Part shown: positions 57,939 to 58,649 of the stretch, in pieces
Position numbering within the stretch: position 1 is the first letter of the stretch
Layout: each line of letters starts with the position of its first letter
Origin: a virus
Lineage: Duplodnaviria; Caudoviricetes
DNA length: 58,649 nucleotides
Virus record (IMG/VR): IMGVR_UViG_3300025103_000014
Coordinates: 1-58,649 of that record
Direction: 5' to 3' (one strand)
Program-made: the position numbers and the translations under genes
Notes under the pieces: generated by a model
Databases searched by the model: none
What the model was told of the DNA's origin: nothing
Seen by the model: the letters and a program-made list of their open reading frames with translations, nothing else

Positions 57939-58223
57939 ATGACCGAGCAACGACAACTAGAAGAATTACAAAGATTGGTAAGAGATAGAGTAGGGGCGGA
58001 AGATATCGGATTAACAATCGAAGAATGGGATAGAGTAGCGCGGGCAGAATGCGGAAGTGGTAAGGCATTAGCCAAGGTAATAGCCGAGCAAAAAGAAGAA
58101 GAAGAAGAAGCAAGAATGCATTTAAATCATTTAATGGAATGCGTACGAGCCAATGACACAAACAATTTTTCCCTTGAAGATTGGCGTAGATTAGCCCTAG
58201 CAGGGTCGATATACTGGCAATAG
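57939..58223 (+). CDS. Helical early protein
   Basis: RBS GAGG; shares its MTEQRQ start with the previous gene. Confidence 0.75.
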   Translation: MTEQRQLEELQRLVRDRVGAEDIGLTIEEWDRVARAECGSGKALAKVIAEQKEEEEEARMHLNHLMECVRANDTNNFSLEDWRRLALAGSIYWQ

Positions 58224-58344
58224 ACAACCCACAACCCAGAAGAAGCCCCCACCATTAGGGGGCTTTTTTAGTGGGGTAAGATAAGCGGTACGAGGTACAG
58301 ACACTCGCACCGACAACCACCGCCAAAAAAGTAAAAAGCCCATA

Positions 58345-58538
58345 CAGCGAATCGTGAACCGCTACAGGGCATACCATATATGGGGTACTATATGTGGTGG
58401 TGAATCGAGAACCGCATACCATATATGGGGTACGATATGTGGTATGCTTCACGATTCACGGTACTATATGTGGGGGCTATCATAACCCGAACAACGAGCC
58501 ACGATTCTTGTTGAGATTGAGAATCAATCTCAACAAGA
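58345..58538. repeat. Terminal palindrome/repeat cluster, possible packaging-initiation region
   Basis: GCATACCATATATGGGGTAC x2; GAATCGTGAA / TTCACGATTC inverted pair; perfect 15-bp stem with GAA loop at 58506-58538. Confidence 0.6.
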
Positions 58539-58649
58539 TAGGGGGTACAGGCACTAACAGAACCCGAACGGCGGAGAAATGTAGAGAAATCAGGAAGTGA
58601 AAATTTAGAGTGAATCTGCCTTTACCGAGGAGTAAACACCATTCTCTAA

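Larger units (their letters stand above)
57260..57957 (+). repeat. ~175-bp direct repeats (terminator + promoter + leader + first codons)
   Basis: 57260-57436 and 57781-57957 are near-identical; a partial third copy lies at 56170-56270. Confidence 0.9.

Noticed and set aside
1-58649. Integrase/lysogeny module, tRNA genes, reverse transcriptase or diversity-generating retroelement
   Set aside because: No recombinase or RT motifs, cloverleaf structures or adenine-variant TR/VR pair were seen by eye; a tRNAscan and HMM search would be needed to exclude them

Overview
The window looks like an essentially complete ~58.6 kb tailed-phage (siphovirus-type) genome that opens at the terminase genes. 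I saw no integrase and no tRNAs, so a lytic lifestyle is likely. Layout: packaging and head genes (0.1-15.3 kb), which include a misplaced repeat-rich fibre gene, a u-spanin-like lipoprotein and an inverted 3-gene insert; a GTA-like long-tail module (15.3-31.3 kb); a leftward replication operon (RuvC-like, primase, SNF2 helicase, SSB-like); a divergent promoter pair and iteron-like origin (38-39 kb); family A DNA polymerase, a DNA methyltransferase and accessory genes; and a 12 kb terminal region built from 15 near-identical promoter-leader-cargo cassettes interleaved with several repeat families and ending in ArdC. Most notable: (1) a glycosyltransferase with polypeptide GalNAc-transferase (GT27)-like motifs inside the tail operon, next to a protein with a Thr/Ser/Pro-rich tail, suggesting virion O-glycosylation; (2) a Hint domain lacking a +1 nucleophile in the tail-tip protein; (3) the modular early cassette array, one cassette of which makes a ~135-nt self-paired RNA or RBS-sequestered small ORF; (4) apparent genome-wide avoidance of GATC, AGCT and GGCC. 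All family calls come from motif recognition by eye; no database searches were run.
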